64,000 nucleotides of DNA from Botryllus schlosseri. Lineage: Eukaryota. The position numbers and the translations under genes were made by a program. Positions within the stretch are counted from its first letter, which is position 1, and the number at the start of each line of letters is the position of its first letter. This document shows, piece by piece, positions 40,411 to 51,075 of this stretch. Under the pieces are notes generated by a model that ran no database searches, was not told where the DNA came from, and saw only the letters and a program-made list of their open reading frames with translations. The stretch covers positions 31,062,001-31,126,000 of the forward strand of contig CM119373.1 in NCBI GenBank assembly GCA_051294905.1. The letters run 5' to 3'.

Positions 40411-41382
40411 GATTACCAGTGAACCCGTCCCTCGGTGAACCCGTCCCGTGAACCCGTCCCTCGGTGAACCCGTCCCTCGGTGAACCCGTCCCACGGTGAA
40501 CCCGGCCCTCGATGAACTCGGCCATCGGTGAATTCCGCCCTCGGGAAATTTTGTATTTACCGGCAACCCTAATATCCCACCTCCGGCAACCCTAATATCC
40601 TACCGCAACCCTAATGTCCCCCTACCGGCAACCCTAATATCCCACCTCCGGCAACCCTAATATCCCACCTCCGGCAACCCTAATATCCTAACCCTAATAT
40701 CCCACTTCTGGCAACCCTAATATCCTACCCCAACCCTAATATCCCACCTCCGGCAACCCTAATATCCTAACCCTAACCCTAATATCCCACCTCCACCAAC
40801 CCTAATATCCCCCCTACCCCAACCCTAGTATCCTACCCGAACCAAATGTCCCACTCCCCGAACCCTAATGTCTCCCCACCCCCCACCCTACCCAACCCTA
40901 ACACCCCACCTCAACCTACAGTTGCAATAACGAGCAGACCACGCGTGGTTGATATGTGAGCAATAACAATCGTTGGGATATATTTTTCATCTGAACAAGT
41001 CACACACATTATACAATGCGATAAGACCCAATGCGATGTCATGAAGAGATACGAGGATGTCGAACGTCGCACGACCGCCCCTCGCCAAGTCAATTCAACA
41101 ATGAGCCGACCACGCAATCGTGATCACGTGATCTGATCACTCCGTGACTGCGTGATCTACGCATGCCCTGACCTCCTTACAAGATCGACAAATCAGTTGA
41201 TAATGACATTATTAGTTTAATAATTCATAATAATACTTGTTAATACACTTAATTTCAAAATTTCCCGAGGGCGGAATTCACCGAGGGCCGAGTTCATCGA
41301 GGGACGGGTTCACCGAGGGACGGGTTCACCGAGGGACGGGTTCACGGGACGGGTTCACCGAGGGACGGGTTCACTGGCAACC
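40411..41382. mobile_element. Merlin-like non-autonomous element with 15-bp tandem subterminal repeats and an internal CCCTAA-rich array
   Basis: Termini gattaccagtgaacc / ggttcactggcaacc; TSD ttttcatc (40403-40410, 41383-41390); tandem gtgaacccgtccctcg units inverted at both ends. Merlin assignment inferred from GG-type terminus plus 8-bp TSD. Confidence 0.7.
40561..40910. repeat. Telomere-like C-rich tandem array (ggcaaccctaatatcccacctcc units)
   Basis: Repeated aaccctaa-containing units inside the 40411-41382 element. Confidence 0.9.
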
Positions 41383-43449
41383 TTTTCATCGAGGGAAAGC
41401 AAAGACGCTTATGCAAGTAGTGAACGAATTCCCCGTTTCAGAAGGGATCCATCATCAGTGAATACAAATATAAAGCTTGACCATGACACTATACTTTGTG
41501 TGAGCTTATTGGACTCAAGTTGTAGTATATAGTTGATATTTTGAATGCTCTAGGGATTGACTGAATCAGCCGGTTGTGCTTGGCAGTTATACTTACAGCA
41601 AATTGAATTCACATGTAAGTCTTGTCAAAGTCCTTAATGATGCTGCAGAAAAGAGGTGTAAAGTAAGCACAATGCTGGATATCATGTCCAAACTATGCTG
41701 GATACTATGCAGTATAGTCTGTGATTATCTTTACACCTATTTTCTGCGGGATCAATAGGGACTTTGACATACCACATTGGGCATAGCCTGTGCGAGTGTG
41801 CGTTATCATTAGGGACTTTAGCAACACTTACAAGTGAATTCAATTTACTGTAAGCATCTGATGAGTGCCAAGCATAACCCGCTGATTCAGCCGATTCCAA
41901 TATCATTCAAAACGTCACCTATATATTACAGCTTGAGCCTAATAAGATCACACAAATTACGGTATCGTGTCATTGATAAGCTTTATATTTGTGTTCACTG
42001 ATGATGGATCCTTTCCAAACGGGGAATTCGTTTACCGCGCTTGCAAAAGCGCCTTTGCTTTCCCTCGGTGAAAACACGGCATGTAGGCTACAGCCGTTTC
42101 CTTCCAATAAAGCAGTCATGCTGTAGAAGTGTTTGTGAAGCAGCTGTTGATTGTTCATCATGTTTTCGTACCTTAACATGTCCTAAATTAATCTTAAATC
42201 ATCATCTGCCAACCTACCAACAACGCGATTTCAGAATCCCCACCGGTAGCAGACTCCTTGAGCACATAATCAGCAAGTTGTTGCTGTGGTGATCATTGAA
42301 GCATAGCCAATTAGCCAATCAGGAGCCGTGGTTATTTGATTACTAGTCATCTCGCCGTTCTATGGTCGGTGGCACGCCCATTCTTGGGCAGCTACTTTAA
42401 AACGCTTTGGCCGAAATCTTAACGGCGTTCCCGTGAGCTTCTTTTGGGCTCATTGTTATTTTTTATCAATAATCTATGGAATGAGACACAATCACGGGGT
42501 ATTTTTAAGATTTTCCAAATTTTGGACAACCCTAATATATATATATCACACGCATGAGTTCGTCAACATCAGGAAGTTTATCCGACCCATGTATTAGTCG
42601 GCATTTACGTATGCAAATTGATGCTACCCCGCAACATTTGGAAAATGCATCATTCGCTGATTTCCCACATGTAGTGCGTATTACGTTGTTGGTGTTGTGT
42701 GTTTGCGGGTCAAGCTCACCGCAGAGAGCCACTAAATATTCACTAACGAAAAGCTGAATGTTTCGAGCAACGTTTAGTAACAAAGCAAGTAAGATATTTC
42801 GAGATTAGTAAGATGTGTGATCGCTGATTGTTGATTCTTTTATGCTCCCAGCGCCATGCATAGAGTGGTCCGCAGTTGAAATGCAAATAATTTCAACCAG
42901 AGATCTTATGAGGTAAAATATTGTAATATATGAAACAGGTTCACAGTGCAGAACCTACCAAAGGTTCGTCTGTTAACGTGAACCTCTAAATTTCTGAGGT
43001 TCACACACAGAACGCGAACGTGAACCTCACGTTCACACCATCCTTAGAAAATACGCCCCCTTCCCATTATTCCCCCTAAGCTGCGCACGCGGGCAATTTC
43101 GCAGTGCTGACACTGTCTCTGCGCACAAAATATCTAAGATACGCACAAAAATAAGCCGAAGTGATGACCTTTTTTAGACGTTACGCAGTGTTGTCCAAGG
43201 GACCGCGCAGTGAGTTGGTGTGTGCGCGCAGATTCGTGAAAAATTATAGGGATCATGGATTCTGCCGCAGCCACTATTACTGTCTACCTTTTTATTTGAT
43301 TAGATTGCAATGTTTTATATGCGAAAGTGCAAAATCTACCATTACTTTCAATTATTTATATGAAAAAGATTGATTGTCTCTACTACCCGATACCAAACAA
43401 TTAAAATCTGGTCGATTAGTACCATGACTCACACCGCCCCACTATCCGT

Positions 43450-44031
43450 TCAGTATATTGGCTTTCCAGGGTCCTTTACGAGGTCTTCAATAACCACAGC
43501 ACTGGTTTGGTTTGATCGTGTGGTAGGTACAGCGGCGCCCAAACATTCCTGATTGACACAGCGGATAGTATGGGAAATTGCGATCGGCACAGTTACCACA
43601 CAAAGTCCCACGATCGCAATATGCATAGCAAATACGGTCTGAATACAAATAAAATCTCCTCCATTGGGCATAACAATCGATGTAGCTCCGTGTAGGTTCA
43701 TGACGCCGGCGACAATGCCCGACACGATATTTGCGACCTGCATCTGCTTTCCAACATTCTTTATTAGTGCCAAACCTAGTATTCCAAGAATAAGAGTCGA
43801 GACGCCAGCCAAGATCCCGGTACCATTTCTCGCGACACGTTTCAAATGATCCAAGTAGATATCAGTACATTCCCCGTGACCCCAATTGTGAAAGTTATAC
43901 GGACTGATAGCATATGTGGTCGGAATCAAAACAATTCCCAGCGATATCGCAGCAGATCCAATGATCAATTCTGCAATAGTGTGTGGTATGAGAAATCTTT
44001 TGTTCCTCTGTTTGCCTTCGGTCTGTTGCAT
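43450..44031 (-). CDS. Intronless four-TM CD20/MS4A-like protein (~193 aa), paralogue of the 7332 gene
   Basis: TM segments nearly identical to the 7332 gene; first ATG at 44031 (track start 44058 is GTG). Confidence 0.8.
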   Translation of the reverse strand: MQQTEGKQRNKRFLIPHTIAELIIGSAAISLGIVLIPTTYAISPYNFHNWGHGECTDIYLDHLKRVARNGTGILAGVSTLILGILGLALIKNVGKQMQVANIVSGIVAGVMNLHGATSIVMPNGGDFICIQTVFAMHIAIVGLCVVTVPIAISHTIRCVNQECLGAAVPTTRSNQTSAVVIEDLVKDPGKPIY

Positions 44032-46124
44032 CGTTCCAATATGTTGCTGTATGGTCACTTATGCTTGATTCGTGTCTACAGAAGGGTTGAACTATATCAC
44101 TGGCAGATTTTAGTATCAATTTACATTTATGCAGTAATATGATGCTCTGCAGAGAGATATAGAGGCATACATCTTTATCATATAGGTACACCGTATCCAT
44201 GCGAGTAGTATGGATTTGATGTTGCCGACACACGAGTGTTTTTGCTAACATTACCACACAACGTGGTACCCAAAAAGTGACCTTATCAATTTTGAAAGTC
44301 TATGGAGTACATGGCATGGCCTTCAATAAAGCAATTCAAATGAACGCTTGGGCCTTTAATGACTTTTCCTTTGGTTTCCAGGCTATTTTTGTTGACGACG
44401 CCCTTTGAAGCCCATGCATACACGCCCAGTAAATATAAAATTGGGGATATTTCTAGATTATAGGCCTGTAGTAAAAAGGTCATCAAAACATTTTATTTCA
44501 ATAAAATGCACCTAACGAAGCAAGTTGCTTGTTGATTTCATATTTCAGAAGGACGACGCACATTTTTTGATAGTGTAATACCCATCTCGGTATGTCAATT
44601 TATTGTGGGGGTTCGACTCGATCATTGCTACAACAGAACAACCGCCTTCGCACTAATATAGAGTGTAAAACATGACAAGAACATTAAGAGCTTTACAGCC
44701 AATAAGCGAAACATTCTGGAAGCCGGCCAAAGAGCGTTGGTTGTAAACCAGGTTGTCGCGAAGCTTTTCCGCCACAGGAGCCACATTGGCCCTTTATTTT
44801 CAGTTGTAATTCACAATGAGCCATCTTGCTCGGGTTGGACGATTCTCGTACTGCTGTATTTCAATAAGTAGGCATATTTCGGTTTGTCCCGAATCGATTA
44901 ATATACTTACACAGCGAAGCTCCTTGTATGATTGCGTGACCTTAAGTTTGTGTGCACACCTCTGTGCGATCCTATTGGTCATTTTGCGTACTGTATATAT
45001 AATAATCTGAGCTGAACTCGTTTGCAAAAACTCCAGACTTCATGGTTCGTTCAGATGAATATACTCAAACTCTCGTACATACGTTCCTGATTATATAATG
45101 GAAGAATGTATGATTAACCTCGGAAAACACTGCTTCACTTGTTCCCGGATGAAATTTTACAGTTACACTTCCAATTGATCAAAGCAACTATCAGCGTTGA
45201 AAAATAGTATTGACCGAATGCTGTCGTAGGAACTGTAAATGTATACGAATACCACCGATTATATAATTATGCGTCGCCAGGTGATGAATAAAAACAGTCA
45301 TCGTTTCGCATAACATTTGTAACAGATTCAACCCAAAACACGAGGAGATGTCGCTGATAAACTGTACTTTTTTGATATGTAGAAACTGTCGATGTGTGCG
45401 AATCGAATCAATAACTACCAGTACGTGTCGTCAGGCGATGAATTGAATGAAACCTTTTGGATAACGCTACCTATGCTTTTCTTAAGTGGTTCAACCCAAA
45501 ACACGTCACACTATCGCCCATTAACAGTACTCTTCAAACGTATAGGAAGTGTAAATGTGTACGAATCAAACCAGATCGAATAATAAAAACTATGGGAAAA
45601 AACGATGCGACGTATAAAAACGATTTCAAATAACATTGACACAAACATGACACAAAGGATATCAACATTGTACATTGTACATTCTGCGAGGCAATTTTGT
45701 TGACGACATTTCGTCTATTCATTTCTGAGCTTATTATCGACACTGGTCAGTTGAATAATGGCCGAAGTTTCTCAGCGTTGGTTCGAAAAGTAACCGCAGT
45801 GCTTCGATTGGACCAGATTTTCAGAACTTAAAAAGAGGACATATTTTAGCCAGCAAGTAACACGAAAGTATAACATAGTTACGTTAAAGTTTGATGAAGT
45901 TTTACATTTCTTTGGTATAGTTACAGTCAAAAGTTACAATAACAGACACTTAAATAACAAATCAAATCCAATTTTAAGATTCACCACATGAATACTGCGG
46001 GGCTCCCTTAACTTTTGCAGATGATCGATAGATTTAACGAGATCATGGTATTGTTTACACGAAATATTCATTGGAGTTATATACAAACATCAAGATGCTA
46101 AAAGCTAATGCAACTAATAGTCTG

Positions 46125-46241
46125 CAGTCCCAATTGTCATGAGCGTGATTGTGGTATTCCTAGGCTGTATCCATAGATAGATAGATGTCTCGGAAATTCA
46201 GCCTAGGAATACCACAATCACGCTCATGACAATTGGGACTG
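46125..46241. repeat. Perfect 43-bp inverted repeat with a 31-nt spacer (mini-MITE or hairpin)
   Basis: cagtcccaattgtcatgagcgtgattgtggtattcctaggctg (46125-46167) and its exact reverse complement (46199-46241). Confidence 0.9.
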
Positions 46242-47554
46242 TGCCTCACTTGGCTTGCGGCTCATACTTACTCTTTAATTTTGCTACTAGTTCAATATTA
46301 GAAAATATAAAATTACCGAATCAATATTGGAATGTCAACCGTCAAATTTATAATTATCTTATATTAGAGGGCATCATCAAGTTACACCGTGAATGATGAC
46401 AATTACGGATCCCACTACGCGTACCATTCTTATCAGGTTCAACCAGGGTTGTTAATATTATTATTATTAGTTGAATCGTGACAGTGGCGCTTATCACAGC
46501 ACAGGTTTTGTTCGCCACTTCTGTACTGATTATCACAAAGAATTTGCATTATCCAAATATATACAGCATCGCTCAGCATTATTGGCATACCAAAATGCAC
46601 ATTTGATATACGGAAGTAGCCTAAAATATACATTGTACAAACACGACATCAACACATTTAGTAGTAGAACTAATGAATATATATGTATTAGCTATACCAG
46701 AGGTTCTCAACCTTTTTAACCTCGCGGACCGGTGAAATTTCAGAAAACGTCTGCAAAAAATTGAAATAAACCCAAAATTTAAAGTACGCGGCCGTTTATT
46801 TTGCGAATGCTATACTAGAGAGTGATATTTTGAAGGCTTCGTTCGTAATCATATGTGTTCATTGTTCATGATCGTATTCATGAAGTTGTACGGTGGTGAG
46901 TCACGGCGGGGTAAAATCGATCTTCTTCTTCTCTCCGACAATATGTAGAGAAGAGGCGTTCCGAAGTCGGAACAAGCACCTTGCCGTGCTACCTTGCTCA
47001 TTTCCCACTACCACCAAACGTACTATACGAATACACTGCGTCGTACGAAACACCTGTCAACGGCGACACCAGGTCACCCACAAAATGAATGAATCGAAGA
47101 CGAATTTAGCGAGTCAGCTTGTACTTGTCGCACGCATGTCGTCACCCGAGAAGGCTTGAGTTTAAAGTCAAATCGAACAGGCCTATAACGTTACCTCATG
47201 AAGTGCTGAATCATTTTAAAATTTGAAGTTTTATATGTTGTATCAATGGACAAGCCGTCAATATATTGCATCTTGAAATTAATTTCACAGTTTTGATACA
47301 CCTGGAGGACCGGCAGAGCGACGTCGCGGACCAGCGGTTGAGAATCAATGAGCTATACGATATCAACAAGGATTGTAATGACGCGATTTACTGATAACTC
47401 GACTTGACTCGAGTCATTTTCTCATTTCCTCTCTCGCATAACTCGGACCAAGTCATATGACTCGAGACTCAGGCGGTCAAGACCGACATCTTATTGTAAT
47501 TTCGAGGAATAGTAAAATAACCACACTATTGGTATTTCGTCTATTAGTATAGCG

Positions 47555-48186
47555 TGGGGTTACCATATTTCAGCAAACCCAATTCCGGACACTCTTTAGC
47601 GCCCACTAGTGGATTTCAAAATGAGTTATGACGTCATACTAGCAAAGCTTTGCTCATAGACCAGAGGTGGTCACGATCCGGTTCAGGAGTATGTGGCTGT
47701 GTGTTATGTAACCGGGACCGAAAGCACATGTTTTCAGCCCCCTCCCGCCAAATTAAACCATTATTTTGAGCCCACACTATAGGGTAATCTATGTCACTTA
47801 CCGGTGCGCACCATGGAGCTTTATAAAAAAAAACATCCAGGGGTTTCCAACCTTTTATGGTTGCGACTGAATATGGGCTTATTTCAGTAAATGAAGGTTG
47901 TTTCTATTTACATTTTATTGCAGTTTTTGCGAGGGTGGTAGTCTCCATATTAAAACCGATAAATGTGATAGTAAATCGCGTGCAGTGCGAAGAAAAATAT
48001 CATGCATCAGCAAAAATATTCCCCAAAAATGATTGTTGTTATGCTAATGTACGAAAAAGTTATGAGCCTACGTCAAGTCTTCAAAATTCCGGACATTTGG
48101 CATATTTTAGAAATTTCTCCCGGACGCTAGTTTGAACAGTGAAATTCCGGACATGTCCGGGAAATTCCGGACGTATGGCAACCCTA
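47555..48186. mobile_element. TAGGGTTACC-family MITE nested within a GACTCGAGTC-repeat element (~47366-48469)
   Basis: Termini tggggttaccat / atggcaacccta; perfect TSD gtatagcg (47547-47554, 48187-48194). Confidence 0.8.
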
Positions 48187-50295
48187 GTATAGCGGTACTT
48201 CAAATTTCGACAAGAAACTGTTGAAGGCGAGAAAAAGTAGTCTACTATAAATGTGAACCGTTCGAGACCACCAAATACTGCTATAAAAATTGGGTTAAAC
48301 AAGACTGGAAACTGAGCATTCAACGCAATGACTTGGACTCGACCGTCTGCTTGCTGACTTGGACTCGGTAGTGTATTGAAAATGATCGAAATGACTCGAG
48401 GAGAGTCAAAACTATAAAAGTGAGATTGACTTATGACTCGGAACCATTTGTGACTTGATTACAACCCTGGGTTCAATCCAAGACAGGACGTGCTGTCGGC
48501 AATAAACAGTAGTTTTTTAAACGTTGGAATTGTGAATGTGTACGACTAAAATGTGTCGCAGGACGATGAATGAAAATGATTTTGGATAACGACAAGATTA
48601 GCTTTCTTAGCTGGTTCAACGCAAAACACTACACTAGCTGGGTATCCAATAAACATAGAAACTGTGAATGTGTACCAATGAAACGTGTTACATGGTGATG
48701 AATGGAAATTATTTTTAGATAACGCCACGAATGGCGTTGTTAGCTGGTTCAGCGAAAAACACGACGCAATGTAGGCATCCCATAGCAACTGGTAATGTGT
48801 ACTTATCTTACCAATATCGATGTGTTACACTGGGATGACTGCAAACCATTTGAGATAATGATCGCGATGACTGAACACTATTACAAATAACGCTGAATCT
48901 AAACACGACGCATAGGACATCACTTTTGTTAAACAGCTCATTCTGCGTGTATTGGACTATTAAATTCGCGTCTCTTTTGTTGACGACTTTGTCCTCCATT
49001 CATTTCGGAGCTTATCAACACTGACCAGTTGAAACATGACAAAAGTATCTCAACGTTTCTTCGAACTGTAACCGTAGTATTATGATCGCACCGCTCCCCT
49101 ATTAGGAATATATTTCCGCGCACAGCGTGGTGGCAGGTCTTGGGACATATATTCAACAATCGTATAGTTTTTGGAAATCTGAATAATGCCACAACTTCGT
49201 AGGATACAGATTATCGGAATCCAACAGTTTATTTTGCGTATATTGAACTATTAAAAGAGTGCCGTTTTTGTTGAAAACTTTTTCCACCATTCGCAACGTT
49301 GGTTCGAACAGTAACCGTAGCATTTTAGGCTTGACTTGCATGTGCCTCAATTGTGCCTTTCTTCTCCTTTCAGGCTTTATTTTCGAACGATAAAGAAGCA
49401 TAGTGTGTGATTTTGGGAGTAAAAATGTTGAAAAACTAGTCATTCATGAACATCGATAGAAAATGCCATAATCATTGATGGTTTCACATTTTTCATGCAC
49501 TCATCCTGACGATAGGGGAGGCACTGCCTCACTTGCCTCCCCTAATGACCCCTCGTCCCTGACGCATTTACAGTGAGTATGTACTGTTACAGTGACAGAT
49601 GACGATGTTTGACTCCACCTACTCACGTAAGCATGCGTCCGCGCACTTAAAAAGAGCATCAAAGCGAATCTACGATCTTGTATAGCTGACGAAAGTCTCA
49701 AATGTTGTATGAATTTTGTATGTACCAAATTATCAACCAGATTACGAAGCCACCCAACACCAAAAGACGCCTTGACTATAGAAAGTGTGTAAACAGTAGA
49801 TTCACACTTTTACTGTTTTCTACATATGTTGGACATCGAAATGGCACTTGTCTTAAGATTCGAAAAATATCATATGGCTCTTACTGTAATACAATCAGAA
49901 AGATGTAGATGGCAGAACATCCGTGTGGCTAAAGTTTCGCATGACCAAATAAAGCAACCAGCATTATTACTAGTCTTGACAGAGAAACTATGGCGGACAT
50001 GATGTATCCCGTGTAGGGAGTTCGAATTAGTGCCACGATGGCGTCACGAATTTTCAATGTGATGTAACAGTTGATTGACATGTGAGGCTCTTTAGGAGGT
50101 AAAATTGAAAATAGAGGACTAACATGGCTCTTCGGACGAAAAAGGTTCCCGATCTCTGTCATACAGTAGCATACCTAGCAGGATATCAGGTCATTCCGGA
50201 TTCAATCTAGTATACGCAACCTTAACATGCAAGATTTCACAAATCAATATGATCAAGTCGAAATCTGTGATGTAACCATTAGCTATCCCGGCCAG

Positions 50296-51075
50296 TAGGG
50301 ATGGTCTGAACCCCTGAAAGGTTCAGGTTCGCATGAACGCGAACCTTTTTGAAAGGTTCTGTGTGATCGCGAACGTGAACCTATGACGTCATATTGCTAA
50401 TTCCAACCCTACATTTCAGTGAAGTTATATACGAGATACATATAGCGACAAATCAGGCCATATTATGCCACAATGCTTAAGTACATGCTGACAATTTAAA
50501 CGTCACCAAATGTATCATAACTGGAGCAATAAAATGCTATATTAATCACACAAAATCGACATCTTCCGTGGCTTTGCAACATTTTATTCGAGGACTTGCA
50601 AGAGAATATAAGCTTACGCCTTAATGGTCAGATCAAACAATGTATTCGGTGTCTGACTATAGCTACGTTGTTATTGAGCAGAGTGTCAAAGAAGTTTCTG
50701 TATTTACTGCCGATATTACCCCATGACGCAATAAACATATCAAATCAAGTTCGATGCCGTTCACCTGCTATAAATTTTTTTACATTACACAATGATGTAT
50801 TCTTTATATCAATTTCATTGATTGGTTGCATAAGCATCATTCGTTGTGTGAATGTAGTGAATTTCGTTTTTGACGTTGCGTGATTTGGGGTCAAGCTCAC
50901 GGAAGAGAATCACTAAATATTCACAAACGGAAAGCGGATTATTACGAGCAAACTTTCATAACAAAGCAAGTAAAGTTTTTGAGATTGCAATGTGCATGCT
51001 CGTTTAGTGCTGATTTTTTATACTGTCAGCGCCATATATAAAGTGGTCCGAAGTTGAAATGCAAAGACTTTCAAC
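50296..51075. mobile_element. Left part of a second TAGGGATGG-family element, interrupted at 51076
   Basis: tagggatggtctgaacc start; collinear with 39060-39430 and about 42680-42897; similarity stops exactly at the hAT TIR. Confidence 0.85.

Larger units (their letters stand above)
39941..42534. mobile_element. Foldback-like element (near-complete palindrome) inserted in (TA)n
   Basis: tagggttgtccaaaa... / ...ttttggacaacccta. Arms 39941-40410 plus 41391-~41645 versus ~41800-42534 are inverted copies, near-identical distally and more diverged centrally; TA runs on both sides. Confidence 0.9.
39060..43046. mobile_element. ~4-kb hAT-like non-autonomous element (TAGGGATGG family) hosting nested elements
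   Basis: Termini tagggatagtacgaacc / gttcacaccatcctta; perfect TSD gaaaatac (39052-39059, 43047-43054); empty site near 7140 in the paralogous block. Confidence 0.85.

Noticed and set aside
40561-40910. True or interstitial telomere
   Set aside because: Units are composite (ggcaaccctaatatcccacctcc) rather than pure TTAGGG, and lie inside a mobile element.
40421-41377. 15-bp tandem units as a CRISPR array
   Set aside because: No unique spacers, no cas genes, eukaryotic context; the units are inverted at the two ends of a TSD-flanked element.
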